Shown: piece after piece, positions 61,578 through 64,000 of the stretch
How positions within the stretch are numbered: the stretch's first letter is position 1
Layout: each line of letters starts with the position of its first letter
DNA from: Schmidtea nova
Taxonomy: Eukaryota
Length of the DNA stretch: 64,000 nucleotides
Assembly: GCA_044892505.1 (NCBI GenBank)
Contig: CM097883.1
Location: 421,600,001 to 421,664,000 of the forward strand
Reading direction: 5' to 3'
Program-made: the position numbers and the translations under genes
The notes under the pieces: model-generated
What the model was told of the DNA's origin: nothing
What the model saw: only the letters and a program-made list of their open reading frames with translations
The model's database searches: none

Positions 61578-61635
61578 CAGGGGCGTAACAAGGCATTATT
61601 GCGCCCTGTGCGGTTCATATATCTGGCGCCCCCAC
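61578..61635 (+). mobile_element. Probable hAT-type terminal sequence
   Basis: CAGGGGCGTAACAAGG..GCGCCC..TGGCGCCCC resembles common hAT termini. Partner end not found. Confidence 0.4.
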
Positions 61636-62174
61636 CCAGCACATGAATTCAAAACAAGCCTACTATAAAAAGTCTTTAATATAATGTTCATGTTACGATT
61701 GTTAACTATATAATATTTATTCATCTCCAGCTATTATACTAGGTAGTAATGTTCTTAAAATTATGTTGCTAATTGAAAAAAATGACGGAAACCTATTTTG
61801 TGAACTAAAATTAACTTTTACAAAATGAAACTTATTTTAATCATCAGCTAGCTTGTAAAGAAATGGAGTTATAAGATTTTATAAATAATATTATATATTA
61901 TATAATATATTATATAACCAGAATATTCAAACCTATTTCGACATCGCCATTTGACATCAGGGCTGATTGTTAGCTTCATTTCGTAGCCGTTCGAATCGAA
62001 ATGAAGGAGGAATCGAAGGCAGGAGACTATAAACTTACAGGAAAACAATCGCAGTAGCTTCAGTACGCAGCAGTTCGAAGAGATTCATAGAAAATGTGAA
62101 ATTATGAAACTTGTAAAATTGGTCCCGGATAACCCTATAGTACTAATATTTTTGACCAACTGCGGAGATTGTTT

Positions 62175-62515
62175 CTGAATGCAATAGAGGTGATGTTGTT
62201 TTCATTCCACGAATAGACTTGGCATCGAGTGATATAAAGCTTCCATTCATTATCAAACGACGTCTATTCCCCATAATTCCTGCGTACGCAATGACGATCA
62301 ACAAATCCCAGGGTCAAACCTTTGATTACATAGGGATTCACTTCAAAGAGCCAGTTTTTTCACATGGCCAGTTGTATGTCACTCTAACAAAATGTAGGAA
62401 TCCTCAAAACAATACAAACCATTACACTCAGAACATTGTTTATAAAGAAATTTTTCAAATTAGTACAATTTTTAAAAAATAAAACTGCCCCGTCTTAGGA
62501 CGGGTAAACCTCTAG
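62175..62515 (+). mobile_element. Helitron 3' end with PIF1-type helicase C-terminal fragment
   Basis: GDVVFIPRIDL..KRRLFPIIPAYAMTINKSQGQT..FSHGQLYV..NIVYKEI. Hairpin CCCGTC-TTAG-GACGGG (62489-62504) and terminal CTAG (62512-62515) followed by T. Confidence 0.95.
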
Positions 62516-62723
62516 TAATAGAAATAAAATAGACAAATAATAAAATAATTTTTTACATTTTGCATAAATAAATTATACTTATGACTTGCAAAAATAAAAT
62601 AATATTTTCAAAGAAAATAAGTGAAATGAAAATCTCTTCATACAATTTTATTAAACCAATTGTGTACAAACGTTTTGTGGATGATACTTTTTTTTGGTTT
62701 TCGAAAGTCGAGAACATGTAAAG

Positions 62724-63443
62724 CAGTGGGGTAGCTAGACATTTTGGGGCCCACCTACAAATCTTTTCTAATTAAATAAAATATACAAAGAAAAACTTAT
62801 GTGTATTTGATTTTATTTTTTAAAAAGTTAAATAGTTTATTTGTCTTGCCTTTGATTTTGCGAATGTATTTATTAAGTCTTTAAGGTCCATTTTGGAAGC
62901 ATCTGTGTATTCGATAGATAGTAGTGCTATTTGATGCAATCTGCTTTGTCCGATTGAATTCCTCTGGTAGTTTTATTTTTTTAATTTGTTGAAAGTCCTT
63001 TCCACACTCGCAACTGTTACCGGTAAGGTAAAAATTAAAAGCAATGCCACATATAAATCAGATAAGTCACTTTCCATAATATTATATCTTGTTGTTAGAA
63101 CATCTGCAAATTCTTTAATTGTCATGTTTTCTTTCAAATCGTCTTTTAGTAAGTTAGCGGCTTGTATTAACTGAATTGACAAGTTATTGGGAAATACTTC
63201 TGAATATTCTTTTGACATATTATCTCAAGCTATCTTCATTTCCTGTTCAGACATAAATAAAATATTTCTAGGTTGAAAAAATGCAAAATCTTTAGTTATG
63301 AAGTGTTTTTCAATTTGGACAATTATTTTGTCTAAGGTATAATAAAACATATTTACTCTAAATCTTTTCTCTAGATCAGGACTTTTTAAACTTTTTTCAT
63401 TCACGACCCCATCTATGATTGTGGATTGTTTTGGTGACCCCAT
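62724..63443 (-). mobile_element. hAT transposase 3' fragment with terminal repeat
   Basis: FRVNMFYYTLDKIIVQIEKHF..LYVALLLIFTLPVTVASVERTFNKLK dimerisation domain. Terminus CAGTGGGGTAGCTAG at 62724. Confidence 0.9.
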
Positions 63444-63639
63444 ATAAATATAAAATATAGATATATAAATATTTTATGATGATTTATTGATTAGGTTTAG
63501 AATTTGTTTAGAAACATATAAAAGTATAAAATTAAAAGTTGAACAAAAATTTGTTAAATTGTATTTATTATAGTTTTGGTAATAAAACTTTTAAATTTTA
63601 TTTTAAATTCGTGTATTTAAATATTTTACATTTAAATCT

Positions 63640-63704
63640 CGCGACCCCAGGATTTTGATAAGCGACACCGTTTGGGGTCGCGTCCCATAGTTTAAGAATC
63701 CCTG
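63640..63704 (+). mobile_element. 3' terminus of another hAT/Charlie-type element
   Basis: GGGGTCGCGTCCCATAGTTTAAGAATCCCTG is a typical Charlie-type end. Confidence 0.65.
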
Positions 63705-64000
63705 CTCTAGATTATTCTGAAGATAATTCGTCAAAATGACGCTTTACTAGGCGTTGCAATTTGACTGGTAAAATTTATATCAATTTTCCAATTTTTTTCC
63801 TAACTCTTCACTTTCCTTTTCGAATTTTTTGAAAGAATTTGTAAATATTTTTATTTTAAGTGTTAAAGTTTCTAATAGAGAGGCTGCTTCACTTAAATCA
63901 ATGTTTTTTTGTTGCAACGTTTTAGAAACGAAATTTATTTCACTCATAATTTGAATAAAAATACTGTAATAAATACCAATTCAAAATTTCCCATTTTTTT

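Noticed and set aside
1-64000. tRNA, rRNA or intact host protein-coding genes
   Set aside because: None recognised. tRNA-like matches are only PBS-length, and small exons in AT-rich tracts cannot be excluded by eye.

Overview
AT-rich eukaryotic genomic DNA (roughly 70-75% AT by eye) with abundant AAT/TA microsatellites and several N-masked blocks. The composition and transposon mix suggest an invertebrate such as a planarian, but this is inference only. I found no intact host gene, tRNA or rRNA. The window is a nested transposon graveyard. It contains Ty3/Gypsy LTR retrotransposon pieces from at least two clades, mariner, Tigger/pogo, piggyBac, two Merlin elements (one intact), several hAT remnants and MITEs, and a Helitron 3' end. 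The most unusual features are: (1) a ~125-140 nt motif present five times, always downstream of small coiled-coil ORFs, whose central hairpin shows compensatory base changes and a conserved U/CAC internal loop, making it a candidate structured RNA; (2) two related Gag-bearing elements with no RT/RNaseH/integrase but with cell-like cargo (protease-ankyrin-FN3-like-TM in one, an ISG20/REXO4-like exonuclease in the other); (3) a 1009-bp TG..CA insertion with a 5-bp TSD carrying a PKA catalytic-subunit fragment; (4) an LTR in which ~12 nt are replaced by a 394-bp segment starting with an initiator-Met primer-binding site. All family calls come from motif recognition by eye, not database searches, and many boundaries are approximate.
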